Source of the DNA: an uncultured Gammaproteobacteria bacterium
GTDB lineage: Bacteria > Pseudomonadota > Gammaproteobacteria > UBA9214
NCBI GenBank assembly: GCA_963768415.1
Contig: CAVYHX010000042.1
Span: 118-64,117 of the forward strand
Length of the DNA: 64,000 bases
Direction: 5' to 3'
Part shown: positions 63,853 through 64,000 of the stretch, piece by piece
Position numbering within the stretch: position 1 is the first letter of the stretch
Layout of the letters: every line of letters starts with the position of its first letter
Notes under the pieces: model-generated
Told to the model about the DNA's origin: nothing
The model's input: only the letters and a program-made list of their open reading frames with translations
Database searches by the model: none
Made by a program: the position numbers and the translations under genes

Positions 63853-64000
63853 ATGAAAGACATTAATCTGAACGAAGCGCTTGCACTGCTGGAGGTCAGC
63901 CCGATGGCCCTGCTGATCACCGGCGCGGATGGAGAGGTGCGCGGCTTCAATCGCGCCTTCGCCCTGCTGATAGATGAAAACGGGATTGCCGCGCTCGACC
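63853..64000 (+). CDS. N-terminus of a probable PAS-domain signalling protein (partial)
   Basis: MKDINLNEALALLEVSPMALLITGADGEVRGFNRAFALL matches the PAS start pattern (P..I...D..G.I...N.AF); runs off the window. Confidence 0.55.
   Translation, partial: MKDINLNEALALLEVSPMALLITGADGEVRGFNRAFALLIDENGIAALD

Overview
This window is most likely one uncorrected, chimeric nanopore read or a read-derived contig. Bases 1-~932 are a very GC-rich fragment holding a truncated comM/yifB. Bases ~933-3112 are a second fragment with Alphaproteobacteria-like genes. An Oxford Nanopore adapter remnant lies at ~3113-3138. The remaining ~61 kb is a contiguous core-genome segment of a Gammaproteobacterium, probably a Chromatiales-like sulfur oxidiser (inferred from DsrE2, a rhodanese and a SoxW-like thioredoxin). 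Gene order: slt-NDUFA9-like-cca, uppP, K+ channel, MidA-like methyltransferase, folK-folB, plsY, tsaD, rpsU-yqeY-dnaG-rpoD-tRNA-Ile(CAT), cyclophilin/repeat surface protein, tatCBA-hisEIFAHB-dtd-pip, dsrE2-rhodanese, lpxL, TPR-trkH-trkA-ntrX-ntrY-DUF4390-rsmB-fmt-def, lysM-dprA-smg-topA-tsaC-hemF, hemB-aroE, gamma-CA, prlC-xth, hemD-hemC, algR-fimS, argH. About 20 genes, many of them essential, carry single-base indels that I treat as sequencing errors. No CRISPR array, integrase, transposase or defence system is visible. The most interesting signals are: (i) a hidden, frameshift-split RRM RNA-binding protein with a tandem Arg-rich tail resembling c-di-GMP-binding motifs; (ii) a nested repeat of GGA-loop (CsrA/RsmA-type) hairpins next to a candidate sRNA in the hemF-hemB gap; (iii) REP/REPIN clusters, one of which has duplicated the 3' end of a neighbouring gene; (iv) a secreted cyclophilin with three Asp-rich repeat modules and a C-terminal sorting signal, lying at the tRNA-Ile 3' end. 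All functional proposals are hypotheses and no database search was run.
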